This document shows positions 16,633-25,100 of a DNA stretch of 34,924 nucleotides, piece by piece; positions within the stretch are counted from its first letter, which is position 1, and each line of letters starts with the position of its first letter. Position numbers and translations under genes: made by a program. Origin of the DNA: an uncultured Oscillospiraceae bacterium (GTDB taxonomy: Bacteria > Bacillota > Clostridia > Saccharofermentanales > UBA5734); the NCBI GenBank assembly GCA_964549475.1, contig CAZJXH010000004.1, forward strand, positions 1 through 34,924. Direction: 5' to 3'. The notes beneath the pieces were generated by a model that was not told the origin of the DNA, ran no database searches, and saw only the letters and a program-made list of their open reading frames with translations.

Positions 16633-16936
16633 TATCTTTAAATCTCTGGCAGAAGAAAGCCGGCTTCCCATTCTGTCTCTTCTGGTACAAGAAGAAATGT
16701 GCGTATGTGAAATCGAAGATTGCTTAAAAATGACACAGTCCAATGTTTTCCGCCATTTGGCAGCATTAAAGCAAAGTAGAATCCTTGACAGCTGCAAGAA
16801 AGCACAATGGGTTTATTACAAAATCGGCGAGACCTTTATTAAAGAGAATTCCCTTCTGTGGGAGTACTTGGTGGATCATTTTCAAAAAGATCCGATCTAT
16901 CGGACCGAAATCAGAGCCCGTCGAACATGCGAGTAA
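16616..16936 (+). CDS. ArsR/SmtB-family regulator with a CVC metal(loid)/thiol-sensing motif. It is translationally coupled to the CoADR-RHD gene, overlapping by 17 nt.
   Basis: GTG start at 16616. The protein reads …AEESRLPILSLLVQEEMCVCEIEDCLKMTQSNVFRHLAALKQSRIL…, comparable to the ELCVCDLC site of As(III)/Cd-type ArsR. Confidence 0.75.
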   Translation: MEIIVDIFKSLAEESRLPILSLLVQEEMCVCEIEDCLKMTQSNVFRHLAALKQSRILDSCKKAQWVYYKIGETFIKENSLLWEYLVDHFQKDPIYRTEIRARRTCE

Positions 16937-16989
16937 TAACATACGGATAATCACCCGCAAGCATCTAAAGAAACGCAAGGTTTCCAACA

Positions 16990-17026
16990 GAGAAAGCCCT
17001 TAAGAAATAACGGCTTTCTCCATTTG
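16990..17026 (+). terminator. Hairpin after the second arsR, a possible weak intrinsic terminator.
   Basis: gagaaagcc (16990-16998), a 13-nt loop, then ggctttctc (17012-17020), followed by ccattt. The U-tract is poor. Confidence 0.35.
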
Positions 17027-17146
17027 AAACAATGAAAATATTAACAAAAATATGTATTGTATATTTAAAATTCCGGATGTATAATGAGTCATTTCTGCGA
17101 AGAGGAACGAAACAAATAGTTCAGAATTGTGATGAGGATAATACAG

Positions 17147-19975
17147 ATGGAAGAAAAGTTAATTGATTTGAATAGGAAAGACGTCACGGGGATCTATAAG
17201 CTAACCTCCAGTGATGTCTGCGAAGCCATGGGTACACGGCTGGAGGGGCTGACCGCCTCTGAAGTGGAGGACAACCACAAGATTTACGGCAAGAATGTCA
17301 TCAGCGAAAAAAAGGGGACTCCTGTCATTCTGATTTTTTTATCGAATTTTATCAGTATGATGGCGATCCTTTTGTGGGTCGGCGGTGCGATTGCGATTAT
17401 TGCAGACATGCCCCAGCTTGGAATTGCCATATGGCTGGTCAATGTGATCAACGGAGTATTCAGTTTCTGGCAGGAATTCCGCGCCGGAAAAGCGACCGAG
17501 GCGTTGAAGAGAATGCTTCCGTCCTATGCCAGAGTCACCAGAGACAATACCGAAATCCAAGTTTTGGCGGAGGATCTTGTGCCCGGAGATGTTGTCCTTC
17601 TTCAAGAAGGGGACAAGATTTCTGCCGATGCCCGGTTGATAGAAAGCAGCGATTTGCAAGTAGACCAGTCCACGCTGACAGGCGAATCCAATCCGGTCCG
17701 CAAAACCCATGATCCTGTTTTACGGGACAATCTGTCCCGATCTGAGACACCGAATCTTATTTTCGCCGGAACGAGCATTTCCAGCGGCACAGCCAAAGCT
17801 GTTATTATTACAACCGGAATGGATACCGAATTTGGCAAAATCGCCCATTTGACACAAGCGATGAAGGTCGACCCCAGTCCGCTCGAAAAAGAACTGGATG
17901 TGCTGACCAAGCAGGTTTCCATCATCGCATTGGCGGTCGGGGTATTCTTTTTCATCGCTTCTGTCTTTTTTGTGAAAGAACCCATCGCAAAATCCTTCAT
18001 CTTTGCGCTTGGCATGGTGGTTGCTTTTATCCCGGAATGCTTGCTGCCGACCGTAACCCTGTCCCTGGCCATGGCGGTTCAGCGCATGTCCAAGGAGCAC
18101 GCTCTGGTTAAACGATTGTCCGCTGTTGAGACACTGGGATGCACTTCCGTTATCTGTTCAGACAAGACTGGAACCCTGACGCAGAACGAAATGACGGTAT
18201 GCAGCCTGTGGCTGCCAAAAGAAGAACTGGAAGTCACCGGTCTTGGCTATGCTCCTGTGGGGAATGTTTTATCCGACGGCAAAGAAGTCAACATCCAGGG
18301 GCATGAGGATCTAAAAATGCTTCTCACTGCCGCCAGTCTTTGCAGCAATGCCCGATTGGTTCCTCCGGGAGAAGAGTCGGATCGTTATACGGTTCTGGGA
18401 GACCCGACAGAAGCCTGTCTCGGGGTAGTTGCCCAGAAAGCGGGATTGGATGTCCAGTTGCAGTCCAAATTGACCCCCCGCCTGAGAGAGCTCCCTTTTG
18501 ATTCCAGACGCAAACGAATGACCACCATCCACCAGTTGGAGTCCCCGATTGATGGAAGCCCCCGTATCGCTTATATCAAAGGCGCACCGAAAGAGGTATT
18601 GGAATTATGTACCGGAATCTACACCGGGGGTAGACGAGAAGAGATAACCGCACAGCAGCGGGATACGATCATGGAGGCCAATGACCGGTATGCCCGCAAT
18701 GGCTTGAGGGTATTGGCGATTTCCTACCGGCTTCTCTCCCGTGCAAATAATCTGCCGACTTCCCTGAGCGCTTATACCCCTGAATTGATTGAACAGGACA
18801 TGGTTTTTGTCGGATTGGTTGTCATGGCGGATCCTCCGAGGCCGGAAGTGGCCGCGGCAGTTGAATTATGCCGCAAAGCCAGCATCCGGATTATAATGAT
18901 CACCGGGGATTATGGTTTGACGGCTGAGAGTATCGCAAGAAGAATCGGTATTATCCGGACTGAAAATGCACGAATCATTTCCGGTATGGATCTGGGGAAA
19001 ATGCCTGATGAGGAATTAAAGGAAGCACTAAAGGAAGAAGTGATTTTTGCCAGAGTCGCACCGGAGCAAAAATATCGTGTGGTTTGCGCTCTTCAGGAAA
19101 TGGGGCATATTGTGGCGGTAACGGGGGATGGAGTAAATGATTCTCCCGCACTAAAAAAGGCAGATATCGGCGTAGCGATGGGAATCTCCGGTACGGATGT
19201 CGCAAAAGAAGCCGCCGACATGATTCTGACAGATGATAATTTCGCCTCGATCGTGAAAGCTATCGAAGAAGGCCGTGCGGTTTACAGCAATATCCGAAAA
19301 TTTATTCTTTACATTTTAAACAGCAATATGTCCGAAGGGGTTCCTTCCGCAGCATTCCTCTTCTCAAGAGGAGGTATTCCGCTTCCACTGACTGTCATGC
19401 AGATCCTGGCGGTTGACCTTGGTACGGATATGATGCCTGCCCTGGGGCTTGGAACAGAGCTCCCTGAAAAAGGGGTGATGGATCTGCCGCCCCGCTCGAA
19501 GAAAGACCGCTTATTGAACAAGCGTATTGTGGTCAAAGCGTTTTTCTGGTATGGAATGATCGCTTCTGTCATCTGCATGGGCGCCTATTTCTTTGTAAAT
19601 ATGCTCAATGGCTGGCCGGGCGTTCCATTGGCCAGTTCCGGCATTATTTACAGGCAGGCTACAGCGATGACACTTGCTTCCATCGTATTCTGCCAGGTCG
19701 GTGCTGTGATGAACTGCCGCACCGAAAAACAATCGGTTTTTAAAACAGGTTTGTTCAGTAATAAAAAAGTCCTGTTTGGTATCGTTTTTGAAATACTACT
19801 GTTAAGTGCTATCATCTATGTCCCATTTCTTCAGGATATTTTCAACACTGCGCCGATCGGCATCAAAGAATGGGCATTCCTTTTCGCGCTGCCTCTTCCG
19901 ATTGTTCTCATTGAAGAAATAAGGAAGGCGATTTCGCGCAAATATGGTAAAATGAAAGATGCAGGAGGTAACTAA
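17147..19975 (+). CDS. Cation-transporting P-type ATPase of type IIA (SERCA/Ca2+-ATPase-like), with PECL in place of PEGL in M4.
   Basis: ICSDKTGTLTQNEMTV, TGD…KGAPE, MITGD, VAVTGDGVNDSPALKKADIGVAMG, 10 predicted TM. There is no N-terminal HMA domain and no CPC motif, so it is not a P1B heavy-metal pump. A GAGGA RBS precedes the ATG at 17147. Upstream GTG/ATG starts lack an RBS. Confidence 0.85.
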   Translation: MEEKLIDLNRKDVTGIYKLTSSDVCEAMGTRLEGLTASEVEDNHKIYGKNVISEKKGTPVILIFLSNFISMMAILLWVGGAIAIIADMPQLGIAIWLVNVINGVFSFWQEFRAGKATEALKRMLPSYARVTRDNTEIQVLAEDLVPGDVVLLQEGDKISADARLIESSDLQVDQSTLTGESNPVRKTHDPVLRDNLSRSETPNLIFAGTSISSGTAKAVIITTGMDTEFGKIAHLTQAMKVDPSPLEKELDVLTKQVSIIALAVGVFFFIASVFFVKEPIAKSFIFALGMVVAFIPECLLPTVTLSLAMAVQRMSKEHALVKRLSAVETLGCTSVICSDKTGTLTQNEMTVCSLWLPKEELEVTGLGYAPVGNVLSDGKEVNIQGHEDLKMLLTAASLCSNARLVPPGEESDRYTVLGDPTEACLGVVAQKAGLDVQLQSKLTPRLRELPFDSRRKRMTTIHQLESPIDGSPRIAYIKGAPKEVLELCTGIYTGGRREEITAQQRDTIMEANDRYARNGLRVLAISYRLLSRANNLPTSLSAYTPELIEQDMVFVGLVVMADPPRPEVAAAVELCRKASIRIIMITGDYGLTAESIARRIGIIRTENARIISGMDLGKMPDEELKEALKEEVIFARVAPEQKYRVVCALQEMGHIVAVTGDGVNDSPALKKADIGVAMGISGTDVAKEAADMILTDDNFASIVKAIEEGRAVYSNIRKFILYILNSNMSEGVPSAAFLFSRGGIPLPLTVMQILAVDLGTDMMPALGLGTELPEKGVMDLPPRSKKDRLLNKRIVVKAFFWYGMIASVICMGAYFFVNMLNGWPGVPLASSGIIYRQATAMTLASIVFCQVGAVMNCRTEKQSVFKTGLFSNKKVLFGIVFEILLLSAIIYVPFLQDIFNTAPIGIKEWAFLFALPLPIVLIEEIRKAISRKYGKMKDAGGN

Positions 19976-19976
19976 T

Positions 19977-20627
19977 ATGAAAGTAATTATTGTCGGTTGT
20001 GGTAAATTTGGTTCGGGGTTAGCGATCAATCTCATCAGCAAAGGGCACAAGGTGACAGTCATCGACAACAACCCCGAGGCATTTGAACTGCTGGGTACGG
20101 ATTTTAAAGGAGAAACCATTCTGGGTGTCGGATTTGACCGGGATATTCTCGAAAAAGCTAAAATCCAATCGGTCGATGCCATTGTAGCATGCAGCAAGAG
20201 CGATGAGGTCAATGCACTTGTCGGTCGGCTCTCCCAGAATGTTTATAGAGTTCCTCATGTCATCTCCAGACTGTATGATCCAAGGCAGGCAGAAATTTAC
20301 CGGTCTCTTGGCATTCAGACCATCTCTACAACAACATGGGGCGTCATGCGTGAGACAGAGATGCTCAGTTACAACCAGCTGGACAGTGTGTTTACATTCG
20401 GAAACAGCAGTGTTGAAATGGTTCGGATCGAAACCCCTGCCCTTCTGGTCGGCAAAACGGTGAATGAACTGACCGCTCTTGGCGAGATTCATGTCGTTGC
20501 AATCAGTCGTGAGAATAAAACTTTTCTTCCGACCATGGGAACAACTTTACAGAAGCATGATATTGTGTATATTTCGGTTTTGGCCACTTCTTCAAAACGG
20601 CTGAAATCCTTACTTGGTTTGATATAA
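19977..20627 (+). CDS. TrkA/KtrA-type RCK protein (TrkA-N NAD-binding plus TrkA-C).
   Basis: MKVIIVGCGKFGSGLAINLISKGHKVTVID is a Rossmann GxGxxG motif, and a C-terminal TrkA-C-like segment follows. An AGGAGG RBS is present. It starts 2 nt after the ATPase stop. Confidence 0.8.
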   Translation: MKVIIVGCGKFGSGLAINLISKGHKVTVIDNNPEAFELLGTDFKGETILGVGFDRDILEKAKIQSVDAIVACSKSDEVNALVGRLSQNVYRVPHVISRLYDPRQAEIYRSLGIQTISTTTWGVMRETEMLSYNQLDSVFTFGNSSVEMVRIETPALLVGKTVNELTALGEIHVVAISRENKTFLPTMGTTLQKHDIVYISVLATSSKRLKSLLGLI

Positions 20628-20643
20628 AACGGAGGGAAATAAT

Positions 20644-21312
20644 ATGAAAGTAATTATAATAGGCGGGGGTCAGGTTGGTTCCTATATTGCAGGCTTACTC
20701 TTGAACAATAACTGTTCTGTTAAAGTGATTGAGAACCGGACAAATGTTTTGAACAAATTGAAGAAAGAATTGCCATCTGATACGGTCGTTTTCGGAAGCG
20801 GAACCAATCCAACGGTTCTTGAAGCATGCGGAATCGCGGATGCGGATGTGGTTGTCGCGGTCACTGGCGCGGATGAGACGAACTTGGTCGCCTCAACAAT
20901 TGCAAAATTTGAATTCAGCGCTCCCCGTGTCATTGCCCGGATTAACAACCCAAAAAACACGTGGATGTTCGATGCCAGCATGGGAGTGGATGTGGCATTG
21001 AACCAGGCGGACCTGATGGCTCATCTTGTAGTGGAAGAAATGACATTTAAAACCATGTTGACCCTGATGAAGATCAATCGAAGCAATTACTCCATCATCC
21101 AGGTAAAAGTCGACGCCCGGTCCGCTGTTGTGAACATGACCGTAAAAGAGCTGGATATCCCGAAAAAAGCAACCTTTATCGCTATTTATCGTGGAAACGA
21201 AGTGATCATTCCTCATGGTGATGCACAGATTCTGCAGGGAGACGAGATTCTGGCGTTCGCCGATTTAGGGGCCCAGGAAAAAATAAACACGCTGTTTGGC
21301 CCGTTAAAATAG
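20644..21312 (+). CDS. Second TrkA/KtrA-type RCK protein.
   Basis: MKVIIIGGGQVGSYIAGLLLNNNCSVKVIE…, same architecture as the first. A GGAGGG RBS is present. Confidence 0.8.
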   Translation: MKVIIIGGGQVGSYIAGLLLNNNCSVKVIENRTNVLNKLKKELPSDTVVFGSGTNPTVLEACGIADADVVVAVTGADETNLVASTIAKFEFSAPRVIARINNPKNTWMFDASMGVDVALNQADLMAHLVVEEMTFKTMLTLMKINRSNYSIIQVKVDARSAVVNMTVKELDIPKKATFIAIYRGNEVIIPHGDAQILQGDEILAFADLGAQEKINTLFGPLK

Positions 21313-21362
21313 CATCAAGTTCTATTCCATCGGTTGTAACAGGACATCAAGACATAGCAGTA

Positions 21363-21394
21363 AAAGCGGTAACATTTTATGAACCGCTTTTTGT
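21363..21394 (+). terminator. Intrinsic terminator after the trkA pair.
   Basis: aaaagcggt-aacattttatga-accgcttttt then gtt: a 7-bp GC-containing stem with a T-run. Confidence 0.7.
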
Positions 21395-21402
21395 TATACC
21401 CC

Positions 21403-21437
21403 TTTACACATTATACCATGCGGTGTATAATAATGTG
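21403..21437 (+). promoter_or_regulatory. padR promoter with an overlapping inverted repeat, a putative PadR autoregulatory operator.
   Basis: -35 TTTACA (21403-21408), a 17-bp spacer, -10 TATAAT (21426-21431). The IR CACATTAT (21407-21414) / ATAATGTG (21430-21437) spans the -35 to -10 region. PadR sites are ATGT/ACAT-type palindromes. Confidence 0.55.
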
Positions 21438-21454
21438 CAGATGGAGGCATTGAA

Positions 21455-21787
21455 ATGGATATACAATTAAAAAGAGGTTTTCTGGAAGCATGTGTCCTGG
21501 CAGTACTGGAGAGAAACGATTCTTACGGCTATCAATTGATTAAAGACATCTCCCCTTGCATTGAAATATCAGAATCTACCCTTTACCCCATTTTGAAGCG
21601 GCTCGAGAGCAGCGACATGCTGACGGATTACTCCGTAGAGCACAACGGGAGGCTTCGGAAGTACTACCGGATCACCGATGCGGGTCGGAGTAAGATGGAA
21701 GACTTTAAAAACGAATGGAAAGAGGTTATGACTGTATATAATTTTATCATGGCAAAAAAGGAGAGGGACGAAAATGACGAAAACTGA
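21455..21787 (+). CDS. PadR-family transcriptional regulator.
   Basis: LKRGFLEACVLAVLERNDSYGYQLIKDI…ESTLYPILKRLESSDML…YYRITDAGR is the canonical PadR wHTH. Confidence 0.88.
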   Translation: MDIQLKRGFLEACVLAVLERNDSYGYQLIKDISPCIEISESTLYPILKRLESSDMLTDYSVEHNGRLRKYYRITDAGRSKMEDFKNEWKEVMTVYNFIMAKKERDENDEN

Positions 21788-22388
21788 ATTTATAAATGAA
21801 CTGGCATCGAGGATTTCTTCTCTTCCACAAAGTGAAATCGATAAATCCATCGCTTATTACAAGGAAATCATCGACGATCGCATGGAAGACGGAATGCCCG
21901 AGAATGAGGCGGTTGAAGCGCTCGGCAACATAGGATCGATTGTAGAAAATGTCATGTACGGAATGTCCTTGTCGACGCTGATGAAAGCAAAAGTAGTTGA
22001 AAGTAAAAGCAGGGTGTCAAACAAAGGTTTATGGATTACCCTTGTTGTTATCGGATTCCCGATATGGCTTCCGCTTCTTCTGTCCTTTATCGTTATTGTT
22101 CTCGCAATCTATATCACCATCTGGGCGTTGATTATCTCGCTTTATGCTGTTGTCATCTCTCTTGGATTATCCGGAATTGCAGGACTTGTCAGCGGCATTG
22201 TCTTATGCTTTGCCAAATCATTTCCGGTCGGTCTTTGTGTTTTTGGAGCAGCAATTTGCTGCAGTGCCTTGACATTGTTCATGATAAAGCCGATCTTCAT
22301 CATGACAAAAGAGCTTGTAAAGTTCACAGCCTTTATTGCGCGAAAAATTAAATCCATATTTATTAATAAAAAAGAGGTGTCATTATGA
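21774..22388 (+). CDS. DUF1700-type membrane protein, the PadR-associated sensor/anti-repressor-like partner.
   Basis: The N-terminus MTKTEFINELASRISSLPQSEIDKSIAYYKEIIDDRMEDGMPENEAVEALG is the typical DUF1700 start, followed by 3-4 TM helices. It overlaps the padR stop. Confidence 0.7.
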   Translation: MTKTEFINELASRISSLPQSEIDKSIAYYKEIIDDRMEDGMPENEAVEALGNIGSIVENVMYGMSLSTLMKAKVVESKSRVSNKGLWITLVVIGFPIWLPLLLSFIVIVLAIYITIWALIISLYAVVISLGLSGIAGLVSGIVLCFAKSFPVGLCVFGAAICCSALTLFMIKPIFIMTKELVKFTAFIARKIKSIFINKKEVSL

Positions 22389-23314
22389 AATCACATAAAA
22401 TCTATATCCTCGCAGCGATATCGCTGCTTGTCGGACTTGTGGTATTTACCATCGGATTTGCCCTCGCGGGGTTTGATATCACCAAAATCGGCACAGAAAC
22501 AGAATATCAGGAAAAGAACTTTGTCTCGACCGGAACCGTCAAGGATATTGTTATTGATGAAAGTAATTTGAGCGTTGAAATCGTCCAGTCGATGGATGAA
22601 CAGGTTCATGTCACCTATTATGAAAATGATAAAGACTATTATGACATCGGCCAGTCGGCCGACGGCACCCTCCGAATTATAAAAAAGAACCATCGCAAGT
22701 GGTATGATTACTTTTTCAATATTAATTTCCAATCAGTAAAATTAATCGTCGCCGTCCCGGATGATTTTTCAGGGGATATCTCGGGAGAAAGCAGCAATGC
22801 GAAGATTCATCTTTCTGGAATTCATGCAAGAGATATCCATCTGGATACCTCGAATGGCAAGATAGAAGCTGAAAACATCGTAATTTCCGGGAAATTTGAA
22901 GCCTCTACTTCAAATGCAAGCATTACCCTGTCAAACGTTACCGCTTCAGGAGATATTTTTTGTGATACTTCCAGCGGTAAAATATCGCTCGATAAGCTTG
23001 AAGGGAAAAATATCAATATCAATACATCCAATGGCAGTGTTATTTTAAAATCCATACTTTCCAATGAAAACATTCAGATTGAAACATCAAACGGATCGGT
23101 GAATTTTGATGATATCCGTTTCAAAACCGAGTTGGACTGCCATAATTCGAATGGTTCAGTGAAAGGAGCCATCACGGGAAAAATTACCGATTATACGATT
23201 AAAAGCGAAACATCGAACGGAAAAAACAATCTTCCCGAAAAACTGAACGGGGGGTCAAAGACCATTATTATCGAGACATCAAACGGCAGCATTGAAATCA
23301 ACTTTATTGGCTGA
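22385..23314 (+). CDS. DUF4097-family beta-strand-repeat protein (LiaF-C-like 'putative adhesin' fold) with an N-terminal TM anchor.
   Basis: It has a TM helix, then repeated …DTSNG.I…/…ETSNGS… beta-helix-like strands ending …IIIETSNGSIEINFIG. It overlaps the DUF1700 stop by 4 nt. Confidence 0.7.
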   Translation: MKSHKIYILAAISLLVGLVVFTIGFALAGFDITKIGTETEYQEKNFVSTGTVKDIVIDESNLSVEIVQSMDEQVHVTYYENDKDYYDIGQSADGTLRIIKKNHRKWYDYFFNINFQSVKLIVAVPDDFSGDISGESSNAKIHLSGIHARDIHLDTSNGKIEAENIVISGKFEASTSNASITLSNVTASGDIFCDTSSGKISLDKLEGKNININTSNGSVILKSILSNENIQIETSNGSVNFDDIRFKTELDCHNSNGSVKGAITGKITDYTIKSETSNGKNNLPEKLNGGSKTIIIETSNGSIEINFIG

Positions 23315-23319
23315 TCGGA

Positions 23320-23838
23320 TCATTCTTCAAATGCTTTTTGCAATTTTTCTTTTAAGTCGGAAAATTCAGGATCTGCCAGAAGCGGACATTCGGCGATTTC
23401 GGCGTCGAATTTGCTGAGTTTGCCTGCAAACGCCATGCAGCCAGGCTCTCCGCATTGTTTGCAGTTCTTTTTCGGCAGAAATGAATAGATCTTCAGAAGG
23501 CCTACTTTTTTTAGACCGATATAATTTGGTGTGATTTCATTGCGACTTTCATAGGTGTCGTTGATCAGATCTTTGATCCAGTCGAGGATTTCATACGCTT
23601 CGGTAATGTTTACAAATTTTGTCAGAGAGATCTTGTCTTCCTGGATGGTGATACCGATTATTCCCTTTTTAAACACAAGGGATGGAGGGGTTGTCTGATA
23701 ATTCGGTTTCTCCAGAACCGCGTTCAGATAAGGCAGAATCTCGGTCAGAGAGGTTGACGCCCTTGTCACCGCCTTGAAGAGTTCTTTTTCAGCCAGGCAC
23801 GGGCTGGTCTCGATGATTTTGATCGATTCTAAAAACAT
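23320..23838 (-). CDS. Uncharacterised protein with a C-terminal RnfB/AcsC-type 'putative Fe-S cluster' domain (C-x2-C-x4-C-x16-CP).
   Basis: …KKNCKQCGEPGCMAFAGKLSKFDAEIAECP… has Cys spacing exactly as in the PF04060 FeS domain. The N-terminal ~120 aa have no family I can recognise. Confidence 0.6.
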   Translation of the reverse strand: MFLESIKIIETSPCLAEKELFKAVTRASTSLTEILPYLNAVLEKPNYQTTPPSLVFKKGIIGITIQEDKISLTKFVNITEAYEILDWIKDLINDTYESRNEITPNYIGLKKVGLLKIYSFLPKKNCKQCGEPGCMAFAGKLSKFDAEIAECPLLADPEFSDLKEKLQKAFEE

Positions 23839-23918
23839 GGCAATTTCCCTCCAGTGCTTCCATCTTCAATTCTATTGGAATGATACTGAATTTTAAATAT
23901 TTCTTATTCTTTCGCGCA

Positions 23919-25073
23919 TCATTCTGATTTTTTACAATAACTTCTGATCCCCTCGACCAATTCATCGATATCCTCTATACTGTTGAAAATACCGACGCTT
24001 ACACGGATCGCACCGGTTTCGACTGTTCCAAGAACCCGGTGTGCCTGCGGAGAGCAATGAAGGCCGGCCCGCACCATGATGCCGGTTTGTTCGTCCAGCC
24101 AGTAGGAAACATCATAAGGATTGGCGTTTTTTATATTGAAAGAAAGCAAGCCAAGCCGCTCTTGTCCCATTTTCGGCCCGTACATCTCCACCTGGTCCAT
24201 GTCGGAAAGAGCCTCCATTAAATACGCGATCAGTGATTTTTCATGGGCATGAATTGCATCGATTCCTGTTTCTTTCAAGAATCCTGCCGCGGTATAAAGT
24301 CCTGCGATACCGCCCATGTTCATCGTTCCGGTCTCATAACGGTCCGGAGCGTTTTCCGGCTGATCCAGGGATTTCGATATCGTTCCGGTTCCGCCTTCTT
24401 TGATCGTTTCCAGCCGGATTCCTTCCCGGATATAGAACCCACCCGTTCCCATAGGGCCCATAAGGCTTTTATGACCTGTAAACGCCAGAAAATCCATGCC
24501 GGTTTCGCTGACAGATATCGGAAATGCGCCTGCCGTCTGGGCCGCATCCACCAGTACAGGAATCTCTTTTTCGTGCGCAAGCTGGACAATCTGCCGGATT
24601 GGTAAAATATTTCCGATCACATTGGATCCATGAAGAGTCGCGACAAGTGAAATGCGAGAGGAATTCAGAATTCCCCGGATCTCTTGCAGATCCGTCTCTC
24701 CATCCGGAGAACAGTGGAATGTCCTGATTCGGATCCCCCGTTCTTTCTGCAATGCGTGAAGAGGCCGCCACATGGCATTGTGCTCGATATCCGAAGCCAG
24801 AACAGTGTCGCCTTCCTTTAAAAACCCCTTTAAAATCATATTCAGCGAATCCGTCACATTGTTTGTAAATACAATGTTTCCCGGTTTTTTTACGTCAAAA
24901 AGACCGGCAATGGCTTTACGCGCTTTATAAATCAATTCCTCCGCTTCTCTTGCTTTCGAATAATTTCCCCGTCCTGCGCTGGCTCCGTTCGTGCGCATGA
25001 AACAATCCATTTCCTGATAGACGCATTCCGGCTTTGGAAACGATGTCGCGCTGTTGTCCAGATAGATTCCCAT
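23919..25073 (-). CDS. Class-V aminotransferase-fold cysteine desulfurase family protein (PLP-dependent).
   Basis: IYLDNSATSFPKP… at the N-terminus, a PLP lysine in FTGHKSLMGPMG, and the active-site Cys in RAGLHCSPQAH near the C-terminus. Confidence 0.85.
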   Translation of the reverse strand: MGIYLDNSATSFPKPECVYQEMDCFMRTNGASAGRGNYSKAREAEELIYKARKAIAGLFDVKKPGNIVFTNNVTDSLNMILKGFLKEGDTVLASDIEHNAMWRPLHALQKERGIRIRTFHCSPDGETDLQEIRGILNSSRISLVATLHGSNVIGNILPIRQIVQLAHEKEIPVLVDAAQTAGAFPISVSETGMDFLAFTGHKSLMGPMGTGGFYIREGIRLETIKEGGTGTISKSLDQPENAPDRYETGTMNMGGIAGLYTAAGFLKETGIDAIHAHEKSLIAYLMEALSDMDQVEMYGPKMGQERLGLLSFNIKNANPYDVSYWLDEQTGIMVRAGLHCSPQAHRVLGTVETGAIRVSVGIFNSIEDIDELVEGIRSYCKKSE

Positions 25074-25100
25074 GATAACGGCTTCCTTTCTATAGGCAAA

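Noticed and set aside
15631-16797. 388-aa minus-strand ORF antisense to the CoADR-rhodanese gene
   Set aside because: The sense strand carries unmistakable FAD/NAD folds and CoADR and rhodanese active sites. The antisense product has no motifs and no RBS.
17129-17146. ORF-track GTG/ATG starts for the P-type ATPase (MMRIIQ…)
   Set aside because: There is no Shine-Dalgarno ahead of them. The ATG at 17147 has GAGGA at -13 to -9 and gives the canonical ATPase N-terminus.
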